DNA of 64,000 nt from Azonexus sp. (GTDB lineage: Bacteria > Pseudomonadota > Gammaproteobacteria > Burkholderiales > Rhodocyclaceae): positions 1,837-65,836 of the forward strand of contig JAYREA010000009.1 of the NCBI GenBank assembly GCA_041909135.1, given 5' to 3'. The notes under the pieces were generated by a model. That model did not search any database. It was not told where the DNA came from and saw nothing but the letters and a program-made list of their open reading frames with translations. Within the stretch, counting starts at the first letter, position 1. Each line of letters opens with the position of its first letter. Shown here one piece after another: positions 27,044 through 37,178 of this stretch. A program made the position numbers and the translations under genes.

Positions 27044-27688
27044 ATGTGCGGAAGCTACGAACTCAGGGCCAAGGCCAGGGAGCTGAACAGGCAATTCCCG
27101 CCGCTTCACCTCGGCCTGCCTGACATGCCCCACAGCGTCGAAATGCTGCCCGCCGAGCCGGTGCTGATGATCACCGCCAGCGCCATCGGCTACGTGGGCA
27201 ACAAGGCCCGCTGGGGACTGGTCGGCAGTTTCCTCGACCGCGAACCGCGCAACCCACCGCTCACCATGCCTGGCGAAGGCCTGGTCAATAAACCGTTTTA
27301 CAGCAAGATTCTGAAGCGAAACCGTTGCCTGATCCCAGCCACCGCCTTTTACGAATGGCAGTCGCTGGCTGGCCGCTGGCAGAAAATGCGGATCAGCCAC
27401 ACCAAGGGAAAGGCGCTGATGTTTGCCGGCATTTTCGACCATCATCCGCTGGCCGGGACAACCTGCGCCATCCTGACCACCGCTGCCGATGAACTATTCG
27501 GCGGCAATCAAGCGCGCATGCCGCTCATGCTGGCGCGCGAGGAATGCGAGTTCTGGCTGGAAGAACATGCCGAGTTTCCGGACGACGCCTTCGAGATGCT
27601 GCTGCACAACCCGGCGCCCCCTCCGCTGATGATTGAGGCAATCGTCGAAGAAGCACCTTCCCCGCAGTTGTCGCTCGCCTTCGCTTAA
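27044..27688 (+). CDS. SRAP (SOS response-associated peptidase / abasic-site protection) protein
   Basis: MCG N-terminus, RCLIPA..FYEW, AGI, ILTT, RMP motifs. Confidence 0.88.
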   Translation: MCGSYELRAKARELNRQFPPLHLGLPDMPHSVEMLPAEPVLMITASAIGYVGNKARWGLVGSFLDREPRNPPLTMPGEGLVNKPFYSKILKRNRCLIPATAFYEWQSLAGRWQKMRISHTKGKALMFAGIFDHHPLAGTTCAILTTAADELFGGNQARMPLMLAREECEFWLEEHAEFPDDAFEMLLHNPAPPPLMIEAIVEEAPSPQLSLAFA

Positions 27689-27738
27689 ACTGCGCACTGG
27701 CAGCCGATCCGGCGACATATCAAAATGAAAGCAAGGAC

Positions 27739-28149
27739 ATGTTCGACAATCTGGCAGGATTTTTCATTCACTGGGGCATCACCGCCCTATCCTTGTGGGG
27801 AGCCAGCCTGGTCTTCAAGGGCATCCGCTTTTCCAGCAAATCGTCGCTGATTGTCTCGGCCCTGCTCCTCGGCTTTGCCAATGCCGTTCTCCGCCCGCTG
27901 GTGGTCTTTCTGACCCTGCCGCTGACACTGATCACACTCGGCTTTTTCCTGCTGGTCATCAACGCCCTGATGCTGTTGCTGGTCGCCAAAGTGGTCAATG
28001 GCTTCACCATCTCCGGCTTCTGGACCGCCTTCTTTGCCAGCATGTTCATATCCATCCTGGGCATGGCCCTCGGCACGCTGGCACCGAACGCCGAAATGAC
28101 GATCTACCGGCTGCCCGAGCATGGCTCGGCGCAGACAATCTCCATATAA
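27739..28149 (+). CDS. YvlD-like 4-TM membrane protein (phage holin family 4.2)
   Basis: N...RP...LTLPLT..TLG.F.LVINA signature. Confidence 0.88.
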   Translation: MFDNLAGFFIHWGITALSLWGASLVFKGIRFSSKSSLIVSALLLGFANAVLRPLVVFLTLPLTLITLGFFLLVINALMLLLVAKVVNGFTISGFWTAFFASMFISILGMALGTLAPNAEMTIYRLPEHGSAQTISI

Positions 28150-28160
28150 GTGACCCCAGC

Positions 28161-28940
<780 letters not shown>

Positions 28941-28962
28941 AAACCAACCAGAAAACAGCAAA

Positions 28963-29796
28963 ATGACCCGACGCAAAACCAAGCTCCATCGCCATCCCTC
29001 GACTCGCCCGGCCGCACGCGCCAACCTGCTTTTTGTGCATGGCGGCTATGTCGATTCGAGCTGTTGGCAACATAACTTCATCCCGTATTTCCAGCGCCAT
29101 GGCTACAACTGCTACGCCGTCGACCTGGCCGGACACGGGGCGAGCGATGGCCGGGAGCGCATTGACGACTTCGGCATCGACGATTACGCCGCCGACGTGG
29201 CGCACGCCATTGAACAGATTGATGGACCGGCCATCGTCATTGGTCACTCCATGGGCACGATGGTGCTGGAACGCTACCTGGAAAAAGGCGAGGCCATGGC
29301 CGCCGCCCTCCTCTCGCCGGTGCCACCGACCGGCACGCTACCCAGTGCGATCGGCTTGACGACACGCTTTCCCGGCTTCCTGCAGGCCATCGAACAAGTG
29401 CTCAGTGGCCAGCGATCCGATGAAATCGAGGAAATCCTGACCCGCGCTTACTTCGCCAAGGACATGACCGTCCAGGACGCAAGGCGTTTCATGGAAATCG
29501 TCGTGCCGGAATCGCAGAAAGCAATTGCAGAAATGGCCACGGTCTTGATGCAGCGGCCAAAATCCCGCCGAAAACTGCCGGTGCTGGTCATGGGCGGTGA
29601 AGAAGACGCGGTGTTTTCAAGTTCGATGCTCTATTTTTCCGCTGTGCCATGGCGCGCCGAAGTGCGCCGCCTGCCCAATCTCGGTCACGTCCTGATGCTG
29701 GATGCACAGTGGGAGTCAGCGGCAAACTCTTTGCTCGAATGGATGGAAAAACAGCTCTCCGCGAGCGCTCAAGCCGTAGAAGCAACCAATTGCTAA
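28963..29796 (+). CDS. Alpha/beta hydrolase
   Basis: HGG oxyanion motif, GHSMG nucleophile, GEED, GH. Confidence 0.9.
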   Translation: MTRRKTKLHRHPSTRPAARANLLFVHGGYVDSSCWQHNFIPYFQRHGYNCYAVDLAGHGASDGRERIDDFGIDDYAADVAHAIEQIDGPAIVIGHSMGTMVLERYLEKGEAMAAALLSPVPPTGTLPSAIGLTTRFPGFLQAIEQVLSGQRSDEIEEILTRAYFAKDMTVQDARRFMEIVVPESQKAIAEMATVLMQRPKSRRKLPVLVMGGEEDAVFSSSMLYFSAVPWRAEVRRLPNLGHVLMLDAQWESAANSLLEWMEKQLSASAQAVEATNC

Positions 29797-29912
29797 CGCC
29801 TCTCAATTGCAAAAACTTGGTGTAGATCATCAAAAGCTGATGTGATCCGGCGTAAAGTAATGCTCGGTTCGGCACCGGCCGGGCATACAGCAACGCCAGA
29901 AACCCATAGAAC

Positions 29913-31862
29913 GTGACTACCTCTTCATCTGCCGCCAACGCCATCCTGCTCGTTGGCCATCCCAACGTCGGCAAATCGGTACTTTTTCACCGCCTGACCG
30001 GGGCCTACGTTAACGTTTCCAATTACCCCGGCACCACCGTCGAAGTCACCCGGGCCAGCGCCCGTTTCGACCGCGAAGCGGTCCTGCTCGACACGCCCGG
30101 CGTGCTCGCCCTGCCGTCGCGCAGCGATGACGAACGGGCGACCATGCGCGCCCTGCTCAACGAGTCGTCGCGCTGCCTGGTTCAGGTCGGCGATGCCAAG
30201 AACCTGCGCCGGACGCTGGCCTTGACCGCCCTGCTGGCCGAGCTCGGCCTGCCCATGGTGCTGGCGCTGAACATGCACGACGAAGCGGCGGCCCGCGGCG
30301 TCATGGTCGATATTCCGGCCCTTTCCGAAGAACTCGGCATCCCGGTGCTGGCCACTGTCGCCACCGGCGGCGAGGGCATCGGCGAGCTGACCAACAATCT
30401 GGGCCTGGCCGGCCGCGCCGAAGCCATGCTGCGCTACGACCCGGAAATCGAGGCCGACATCGGGCTGGTCGCCGAAGCTATTTCCTGCTACGCCCCGCAC
30501 CCGCAACTGGCGGCCCGCGGGCTGGCCATTCTGTATCTGGGCGGCGATTCGGTCGTCGCCGACTGGCTGGCCGAACAGGCAGGCGATAAATTCCCCCTGC
30601 TCGAAACGCTCCGCCAGTCGGCCGCAGAACGGGCCGAAGGCGACCTCCCGGCCCTGCTTGCCCGCGAGCGCACCGAAGCCGCCGATACGCTGGCCACCAG
30701 CGTCATTCAGCGCGCCGTCAAGAGCAGCCCGCTACTGTCGCAACGCATCGGCCAATACGTCGTGCATCCCCTGTGGGGCATCCCGATTTTGCTCGGCGTG
30801 CTGTTTGCGGTTTATGAATTCGTCGGCGTCTTCGGCGCCACCACGCTGGTCGGACTGATGGAGAAAGGGCTGTTCGAGGGCATCCTCAATCCGGCCTTCA
30901 CTGATTTTGTCACCTCCACGGTCACCGTACCCTGGCTCAGCGAGCTGCTGGTCGGCCAGTATGGGCTGTGGACCATGGGCATGACCTACGCGCTGGCGCT
31001 GATCCTGCCCATCGTCACCACCTTCTTCTTCGCCTTTGGCGTGCTTGAAGATTCCGGCTACCTGCCGCGCCTGACCGTGATCGCCAACCGGCTGTTTGCG
31101 CTGATCGGCCTCAACGGCCGCGCCGTGCTGCCAATGGTCCTTGGCCTCGGCTGCGTGACGATGGCGACGCTGACCACCCGCATCCTGCACAGCCCGCGCG
31201 AACGGCTGATCACCATATTCCTGCTCGCCCTGGCCATTCCCTGCTCGGCGCAATTGGGCGTCGTGCTCGGCATGTTGGGCGGTGTTTCCTTCACCGCCGT
31301 GCTGATCTGGGCACTTGCCATGGTCGGCGTCCTGCTCCTCGCAGGCTTCCTGGCCGCCAGGCTGATCCCCGGCCGGCGTATTCCGCTGGTCACCGAAATG
31401 CCGCCGATGCGTCTGCCCATCCTCGGGAATGTGTTGAAGAAGACCGGTGGCCGGCTGAAGTGGTACCTGATCGAGGTTATTCCGCTCTTCCTGCTCGGCA
31501 CCTTCATCATGTATTCGCTCGACAAATCAGGCGCCCTGCCCTGGATCATCGAAGCCGGCGAGCCGCTGGTTTCAGGCTGGCTCGGCCTGCCCAAGGAAGC
31601 CTCGGCCGCCTTCGTCATGGGCTTCCTGCGCCGCGATTTCGGCGCTACCGGCCTGTTCGCCATGGCGCATAGCCTGAGCCCGATTCAGGCGGTGGTCGGG
31701 ATGATCACCATCACCTTGTTCATCCCCTGTTTTGCCAGCCTGATGATGATGGTCAAGGAACAGGGTACCAAGGTCGCCCTCGGCATGGTTGCGGTTATCG
31801 TGCCCTTCGCCTTCTTCATCGGCGGCCTGTTCAATATTCTTCTCCGAGCCGTCTGGTCATGA
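29913..31862 (+). CDS. feoB: Ferrous iron transporter FeoB
   Basis: GHPNVGKS, NYPGTT, DTPG, NMHD, EDSGYLPR, gate cysteines (LGC, IPCSA, IPC). Confidence 0.93.
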   Translation: MTTSSSAANAILLVGHPNVGKSVLFHRLTGAYVNVSNYPGTTVEVTRASARFDREAVLLDTPGVLALPSRSDDERATMRALLNESSRCLVQVGDAKNLRRTLALTALLAELGLPMVLALNMHDEAAARGVMVDIPALSEELGIPVLATVATGGEGIGELTNNLGLAGRAEAMLRYDPEIEADIGLVAEAISCYAPHPQLAARGLAILYLGGDSVVADWLAEQAGDKFPLLETLRQSAAERAEGDLPALLARERTEAADTLATSVIQRAVKSSPLLSQRIGQYVVHPLWGIPILLGVLFAVYEFVGVFGATTLVGLMEKGLFEGILNPAFTDFVTSTVTVPWLSELLVGQYGLWTMGMTYALALILPIVTTFFFAFGVLEDSGYLPRLTVIANRLFALIGLNGRAVLPMVLGLGCVTMATLTTRILHSPRERLITIFLLALAIPCSAQLGVVLGMLGGVSFTAVLIWALAMVGVLLLAGFLAARLIPGRRIPLVTEMPPMRLPILGNVLKKTGGRLKWYLIEVIPLFLLGTFIMYSLDKSGALPWIIEAGEPLVSGWLGLPKEASAAFVMGFLRRDFGATGLFAMAHSLSPIQAVVGMITITLFIPCFASLMMMVKEQGTKVALGMVAVIVPFAFFIGGLFNILLRAVWS

Positions 31863-32116
31863 GCCCCGCCCACGAAGCCCGCCTGCCCCTCGCCTTCATC
31901 CCGCCCGGCAGCGAAGTCCGCCTCGCCGCACTGGGCGAGGAAATCGACGCCTTGCAGCGTGAGCAACTGACCGCCTACGGCCTGGCCGAAAACCGGCCGC
32001 TCAAGGTGTTGCAACAGCGACCGATGACCGTCATCCTGGCCGACGAGGTGGAGCTGGCGCTCGAACATGCGGTCGCCCGGCATATCTGGGTCGAAAAGCT
32101 CCCAGTCGCCGTTTAA
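31859..32116 (+). CDS. feoA: FeoA-family SH3-like protein
   Basis: L..YGL...,P......E.ALE..VA..IWV pattern; ATGA-coupled to feoB. Confidence 0.8.
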   Translation: MSPAHEARLPLAFIPPGSEVRLAALGEEIDALQREQLTAYGLAENRPLKVLQQRPMTVILADEVELALEHAVARHIWVEKLPVAV

Positions 32117-32131
32117 GGCCGGGCTGAAGCC

Positions 32132-33487
32132 TTAGCGGCCCAGCACGAAGCTGCTTTTCTCGACCACGCTGGCCGCCGCATCCTGCTTGGCGGCAATGCG
32201 GAAACTGATCGGCTGGATACCGCCCAGTGCGCCATCGCCCGGAGCCGAAACGGTCAGCGAAACCGCCCGGATGCTGCCTGGCTCAAGCGCAAACTCACGC
32301 TCACCGACAATCTCCAGGCCCGGCAGCCCGCTCACCTCAACCGTAAAGTCGCGCGGCGCTTCGGCCAGATTCATCAGTTTCAGCGTGTAGGCATTTTCGA
32401 TTTTCCCCTCGGCCGTCTCCCGCAACAGGGCGCCCCGGTCGCGCAGCACATCGACCAGCAATAACGGGCGCTTGGCGGCAGTCAGCGCCAGAAATCCGGC
32501 AAAAATCACCAACAGCCCGGTGTAGACCGCCACCCGTGGCCGTTGCCGCCAGCCCTGGGCCTTTGGCTGACCGGCCAGCTCGCGCTCGGAAGCAAAGCGG
32601 ATCAGTCCCGTCGGCGAAGCAATCTTGAGCATCACCTCGTCGCAGGCATCGACACACAGCCCGCAATTGATGCACTGGTATTGCAAACCATCGCGAATAT
32701 CAATGCCGGTCGGACAGACCTGCACGCAGATGCCGCAATCGATGCAATCGCTGCGCTGCTTGTCGTAGCTGACCGAGGCGGTGGTGTCATCGAACATCAC
32801 CCCCTGAAAACGCGAATAGGGGCACATGTGCTGGCAAACCGCCTCGCGGGCCAGACCAGCCTGCACGTAAGTGAAAGTGCTATAGAAAATCAGCCAGAAG
32901 CCCTCCCAGGGGCCAAGCTCCCAACTGAAAATCGCGGGTAACAACTGGCGAATCGGCGTGAAATAGCCGACGAAGCTGATCGCTGTCCATGCTGCCAGCA
33001 CCAGCCATAGACCATGCTTGGTCGAGCGCAGCAGGATCTTGCGCCCGCTGAGCGGGCTTTGATCGAGCTTGAGGCGGGCCAGATGATCGCCTTCCACCTT
33101 GGCCTCGATCCAGCTGAAGATCATCGTATAAACCGTTTGCGGGCAGGCAAAGCCGCAAAACAGCCGCCCGGCCATGGCCGTGACCAGAAACAGCCCGGTC
33201 GCCGCCAGAATCAGCACGATAGCCAGCAACAACGCGTCCTGTGGCCAGAGCACGAGGCCGAACAGGTAAAACTTTTCGTGCGCAATGTCGAACAGCACGG
33301 CCTGCCGGGTCAGTCCGTTGCTCTCCCAGCTCAGCCAGCAGCCACCGTAAAACACAATCTGGGTCAGCCAGACGATTGCCCAGCGCAGGCTATTGAAGCG
33401 GCCGCTGGTCGCCTTGGCGTGGATTTTCCCTTTCTTGCGGTAAAGCTCCAGCTTGGCAGCGCGAACCTTGCTGACGGATTGATTCAT
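32132..33487 (-). CDS. ccoG: CcoG/FixG-like 4Fe-4S membrane protein
   Basis: WPQD, FCGFACPQT, CPY.RFQ, CIDCGICVQVCPTGIDIR, CINCGLCVDAC. Confidence 0.92.
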   Translation of the reverse strand: MNQSVSKVRAAKLELYRKKGKIHAKATSGRFNSLRWAIVWLTQIVFYGGCWLSWESNGLTRQAVLFDIAHEKFYLFGLVLWPQDALLLAIVLILAATGLFLVTAMAGRLFCGFACPQTVYTMIFSWIEAKVEGDHLARLKLDQSPLSGRKILLRSTKHGLWLVLAAWTAISFVGYFTPIRQLLPAIFSWELGPWEGFWLIFYSTFTYVQAGLAREAVCQHMCPYSRFQGVMFDDTTASVSYDKQRSDCIDCGICVQVCPTGIDIRDGLQYQCINCGLCVDACDEVMLKIASPTGLIRFASERELAGQPKAQGWRQRPRVAVYTGLLVIFAGFLALTAAKRPLLLVDVLRDRGALLRETAEGKIENAYTLKLMNLAEAPRDFTVEVSGLPGLEIVGEREFALEPGSIRAVSLTVSAPGDGALGGIQPISFRIAAKQDAAASVVEKSSFVLGR

Positions 33488-33539
33488 TGTGGTGTTTCCC
33501 ATGGCAACGACAGGGAAGCGAGTAAAACACCGGGGCACC

Positions 33540-33610
33540 GATAGAAACAGTTTCAGATAAACGGATTTTTCATAGGAACAGATTTAAATCAGCCGACAAC
33601 TGTGCCTATC
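33540..33610. promoter_or_regulatory. Three-copy motif (two direct, one inverted); candidate MocR operator
   Basis: GATAGAAACAGTT (33540), CATAGGAACAGAT (33571) and inverted AACTGTGCCTATC (33598-33610) in the divergent ccoG/norE gap. Confidence 0.55.
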
Positions 33611-33691
33611 GAAAATCATCTTTTCTGTCTCTGTGCACAATCCACAGAACTGAAACAATGCGCTAATCAATTTCCACTCTGAAAAGCCACC

Positions 33692-34297
33692 ATGAGCGCC
33701 GCTACCCTTGCCCTGGAAATCCCCCCCAGCCAGCCACTCGTCCACGGCCGCATCCCCGGCAACAAGGGAATCTGGGTCGGCATTTGCTGCGAATTTGTCG
33801 AGTTCCTGGTGCTCTTCATCGTCTATTTTGTCGCCCGCTCACACTTTCCGGAATCCTTCGAGCAAGGGGCTGACCGCCTTTCCCGCGTGGCCGGAACGGT
33901 CATTACCTTGCTGATGGTGACCAGCAGCTTCTTCATTGCCTGCTCGGTCAATACCATGCGCGCCGGGCAGCGCCAGCGCTCCATCTACTGGCTGATCGCC
34001 GGCCTGATCGTGGCGCTCGGCTACCCCGTGGCCAAAGTACTGGAGATCAACTGGAACCTGGCGCACGGCATCAATGGCGAATCCGGCATCTTCTTCACGG
34101 TTTATTACTACCTCACCTTCAACCATCTGGTGCACGCCACCTGGGGCATTCTCGGCATTCTCTGGGTGCTCGCCCGCCATCTGGCCGGCGGCTACAGCAG
34201 CGACGATTATGTCGGCCTCGAAGCGCTGGCCAGCTACTGGCACGCCACCGACATCATCTGGCTGGTCATTTTTCCCTTCTTCTACGTCCTGGCCTGA
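33692..34297 (+). CDS. Heme-copper oxidase subunit III family (NorE-like)
   Basis: IPG..GIW....E...F, FFTVYYYLT..H..H, YWH..DIIW..IFP..Y. Confidence 0.85.
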   Translation: MSAATLALEIPPSQPLVHGRIPGNKGIWVGICCEFVEFLVLFIVYFVARSHFPESFEQGADRLSRVAGTVITLLMVTSSFFIACSVNTMRAGQRQRSIYWLIAGLIVALGYPVAKVLEINWNLAHGINGESGIFFTVYYYLTFNHLVHATWGILGILWVLARHLAGGYSSDDYVGLEALASYWHATDIIWLVIFPFFYVLA

Positions 34298-34300
34298 ATC

Positions 34301-34609
34301 ATGAACGCAAGCAACGCGACACCTGCCGCCCATCTCCGCCCGCTCGCCACCGCCTGGCTGGCGCTGGTCGCCCTCACCCTCCTCAGCCTCGGGCTGGGTC
34401 AATGGTTTCACGGCGCTGCGTGGTTGCCACTGCTGGTCGCCGCCATCGTCTGGATCAAGGGCCTGCTGATTACCCGGCAATTCATCGAGGCCAGGGTGGC
34501 CCACCCATTTATTGCCCGGGTGCTCAGCGGGTTTATCGCCTTTACGCCGATTGCGCTGGTACTGACCGCCTTCTTCGGCAATCAGTTTGCCCGCTGGGCC
34601 AGCTTATAA
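34301..34609 (+). CDS. Oxidase subunit IV family (NorF-like)
   Basis: W..LV.LT, KG..I...F.E pattern; 3 TM; follows the NorE-like gene. Confidence 0.75.
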   Translation: MNASNATPAAHLRPLATAWLALVALTLLSLGLGQWFHGAAWLPLLVAAIVWIKGLLITRQFIEARVAHPFIARVLSGFIAFTPIALVLTAFFGNQFARWASL

Positions 34610-36016
34610 CTAGTCGGCCACCAGCTGGCCGAGGGTGGCAATCGCCGCCTGCTGCTCCGGCGAATCCGGGTGACCAAAGTTGAGGCGCAGCCGGTTAGCA
34701 AACTCGCGCTTGGCTGAAAAAATCGGGCCAGGCGCCGTGCTGATGCCTCGCTCCAGCGCCTGCCGATGCAACAACAGCGCATCGACCGAAGGCGGCAATT
34801 CCAGCCAGAGGAAATAGCCGCCCAACGGCCGGGCCAGACGGGTACCGGCCGGAAAATGCTGCTCAACCAAGGCGGTGACCGCGGCCTCCTGATTGGCCAG
34901 CGTCCGGCGCAGGTGGCGCAGATGATTCTCGTAGCCGCCGTGTTTCAGGTAATCGGCCAGCGCGATCTGCACCGGCACCGTGGTCGCCAGACTGGTCGAT
35001 AGCTTCTGCCGTTGAATGGCCTTGGCGTAACGGCCGGCCGCCACCCAGCCAAGGCGATAACCCGGCGCCAGGCATTTGGAAAAAGACGAAACGTGCATGA
35101 CCAGCCCGCCGTGGTCTTCGGCCTTGCTGCACAACGGCGCCTGCGGGCCGAAATAAAGCTCGGCATAGACATCGTCCTCGATCAGCGGCACATCGTGGCG
35201 CTGCAACAAGGCCAGCAGCGCCTTTTTGCGCTCATCCGAAACCAGGCTGCCCTGCGGATTGGCAAAGTTCAGCATGAACAGACAGGCTTTGATCGGGTGC
35301 TGCTGCAAGGCGGCTTCCAGCGCCGGCAGGCTGATCCCCTCACGTGGATGCGTCGGAATCTCGATGACCTTGAGGCCGAGCCGTTCGCTGGCTTGCAGGC
35401 CGGCGTAAAAGGTCGGCGATTCGATGGCGATCAGGTCGCCCGGCCGGGTGACGGCCTGCAGGCAAAGGTTCAGCCCCTCCATCGCGCCGGAGGTGATGAT
35501 GATTTCCTGCGGCGCCACTGTCGCGCCGTGCGCCAGGTAACGCAGGGCGATTTGCCGACGCAGTTCCTCGTTGCCAGGCGGCAGATCAGTCACCGTCGCC
35601 AGCGGGTCCAGCCTGCGTGCGGCATTGGCCAGGAAGCGCCCGAGCTTGGCGAGCGGAAACAGGTAAGGGCTGGGAAAACTGGAACCGAGCGGCACCACCG
35701 CGGGGTCTTTGACGCTTTCGAGAATCTGGAAAATGAAATCGCTGACCTCAAGCTGCGTCGAATCGCCGAGCGGCTGCGTCATTTCCGGCTCGGGCAGGCG
35801 TTGGCCAAGGCGGGCCCGGACAAAATAGCCGGACTTTGGCCGCGCTTCAATCAAGCCCCGACTTTCCAGCAAATAATAGGCTTGGGTCACCGTCACCGGG
35901 CTGACATCATGGCTACGGCAGGCCTGGCGCACGGAAGGCAGGCGATCGCCGGGACGCAGCACGCCATCGGCAATGAGTTTTTCTGTCTGCTCGGCAAGAT
36001 CCTGATAGCGGCTCAT
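34610..36016 (-). CDS. MocR/GabR-type regulator (GntR wHTH + PLP aminotransferase fold)
   Basis: RLPSVR HTH, EDDVY, SFSKCLAPGYRLGW. Confidence 0.93.
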   Translation of the reverse strand: MSRYQDLAEQTEKLIADGVLRPGDRLPSVRQACRSHDVSPVTVTQAYYLLESRGLIEARPKSGYFVRARLGQRLPEPEMTQPLGDSTQLEVSDFIFQILESVKDPAVVPLGSSFPSPYLFPLAKLGRFLANAARRLDPLATVTDLPPGNEELRRQIALRYLAHGATVAPQEIIITSGAMEGLNLCLQAVTRPGDLIAIESPTFYAGLQASERLGLKVIEIPTHPREGISLPALEAALQQHPIKACLFMLNFANPQGSLVSDERKKALLALLQRHDVPLIEDDVYAELYFGPQAPLCSKAEDHGGLVMHVSSFSKCLAPGYRLGWVAAGRYAKAIQRQKLSTSLATTVPVQIALADYLKHGGYENHLRHLRRTLANQEAAVTALVEQHFPAGTRLARPLGGYFLWLELPPSVDALLLHRQALERGISTAPGPIFSAKREFANRLRLNFGHPDSPEQQAAIATLGQLVAD

Positions 36017-36101
36017 GGGCGGATGTTATCAGCCCGCTGCCACAGGATTGAATTTCCTGTTCTGGTCAGCACCGCACTCCTCGCCTAGAATGGAAGTTCA
36101 G

Positions 36102-36130
36102 GCCAGCCAGCCGATTTTCGCCAGCCAGCC
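36102..36130 (+). promoter_or_regulatory. Paired perfect GCCAGCCAGCC repeat in the bfr leader
   Basis: Copies at 36102-36112 and 36120-36130, just downstream of a TAGAAT -10-like hexamer at 36086-36091. Confidence 0.72.
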
Positions 36131-36160
36131 TCCCGACCCCCACGACTTCCGGAGAACGCC

Positions 36161-36628
36161 ATGAAGGGCGACAAGAAAATCATCGACATCCTGAACGATC
36201 TGCTGACCGGCGAACTGACTGCTGTCGATCAATACCTGATCCACGGTGAGATGTATGCCGACATGGGCCTGACCCAATTGGCCGAGAAATCAATCCACGA
36301 ATCCGATCACGAGCGCCAGCATGCCCGTGCCCTGATCCAGCGCATCCTCTTTCTCGAAGGCAAGCCCGACCTCAGCAAGCGTAACGCCCTGAAGATCGGC
36401 AAGACCGTGCCGGACATGCTGAAATCCGACCTGGCGCTGGAATACGCAGTGGACGGCGACCTGAAGAAGGCCATGGCCGCCTGCGAAAAGGCCCAGGACT
36501 ACGTCAGCCGCGACATGCTCGGCGTCCAGCTCGAAGATACCGAGATGGATCACGCCTACTTCCTCGAAAAGCAGTTGAAGCTGATCGAACTGGTTGGCCT
36601 GGCCAACTATCAACAGAGCCAGATGTAA
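36161..36628 (+). CDS. bfr: Bacterioferritin, ferroxidase-type subunit lacking the heme Met
   Basis: E18, Y25, E51, H54, E94, E128, H131 present; position 52 is Arg. Confidence 0.93.
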   Translation: MKGDKKIIDILNDLLTGELTAVDQYLIHGEMYADMGLTQLAEKSIHESDHERQHARALIQRILFLEGKPDLSKRNALKIGKTVPDMLKSDLALEYAVDGDLKKAMAACEKAQDYVSRDMLGVQLEDTEMDHAYFLEKQLKLIELVGLANYQQSQM

Positions 36629-36638
36629 GGAGCGCACG

Positions 36639-37121
36639 ATGAAAGGCGACAAGAAAGTCATCGAAGCCCTGAACAAGGTGCTGAAGAACGAGCTGACCTC
36701 GATCAACCAGTATTTCCTGCATGCCCGCATGTTCCGCAACTGGGGCCTGGAAAAACTCAACGACTACCAGTACAAGCAGTCGATCCGCGTCATGAAGGAA
36801 GCTGACGAGGTTATCGAGCGCATCCTTTTCCTCGAAGGTCTGCCCAACCTGCAAAACCTCGGCAAGCTGCTGATCGGCGAAGAGGTGGTGGAATGCCTGC
36901 AGGGCGACCTCAAGTACGAACGTGAAATCCAGCGCCCGCTGCTGGTCGAATCCATTGCCCTGTGCGAAGAGCTGCAGGATTACGTCAGCCGCGACCTGCT
37001 GGAAGAACTGCTCGAACACTGCGAAGAAGCTATCGACTGGCTGGAAACCCAACAAAGCCTGATCGAGAATGTGACCCTGCCGAACTATCTGCAGGCCCAC
37101 ATGGAGCCGGGCGGCGACTGA
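36639..37121 (+). CDS. bfr: Bacterioferritin, heme-binding subunit with degenerate ferroxidase centre
   Basis: M52 present; E51>V, H54>E, and CEEA in place of EExH. Confidence 0.93.
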   Translation: MKGDKKVIEALNKVLKNELTSINQYFLHARMFRNWGLEKLNDYQYKQSIRVMKEADEVIERILFLEGLPNLQNLGKLLIGEEVVECLQGDLKYEREIQRPLLVESIALCEELQDYVSRDLLEELLEHCEEAIDWLETQQSLIENVTLPNYLQAHMEPGGD

Positions 37122-37141
37122 TCCCTCACGCCCCCCGTGCC

Positions 37142-37169
37142 AGCCGCAGCGCGTGCTGCGGCTTTTTTT
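37142..37169 (+). terminator. Intrinsic terminator after the bfr pair
   Basis: AGCCGCAGC-gcgt-GCTGCGGCT followed by a T run. Confidence 0.85.
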
Positions 37170-37178
37170 ACGCCTGAA

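Noticed and set aside
27739-28149. 'Phage holin' as evidence of a prophage
   Set aside because: YvlD-type family is common in chromosomes; no endolysin or other phage genes nearby.
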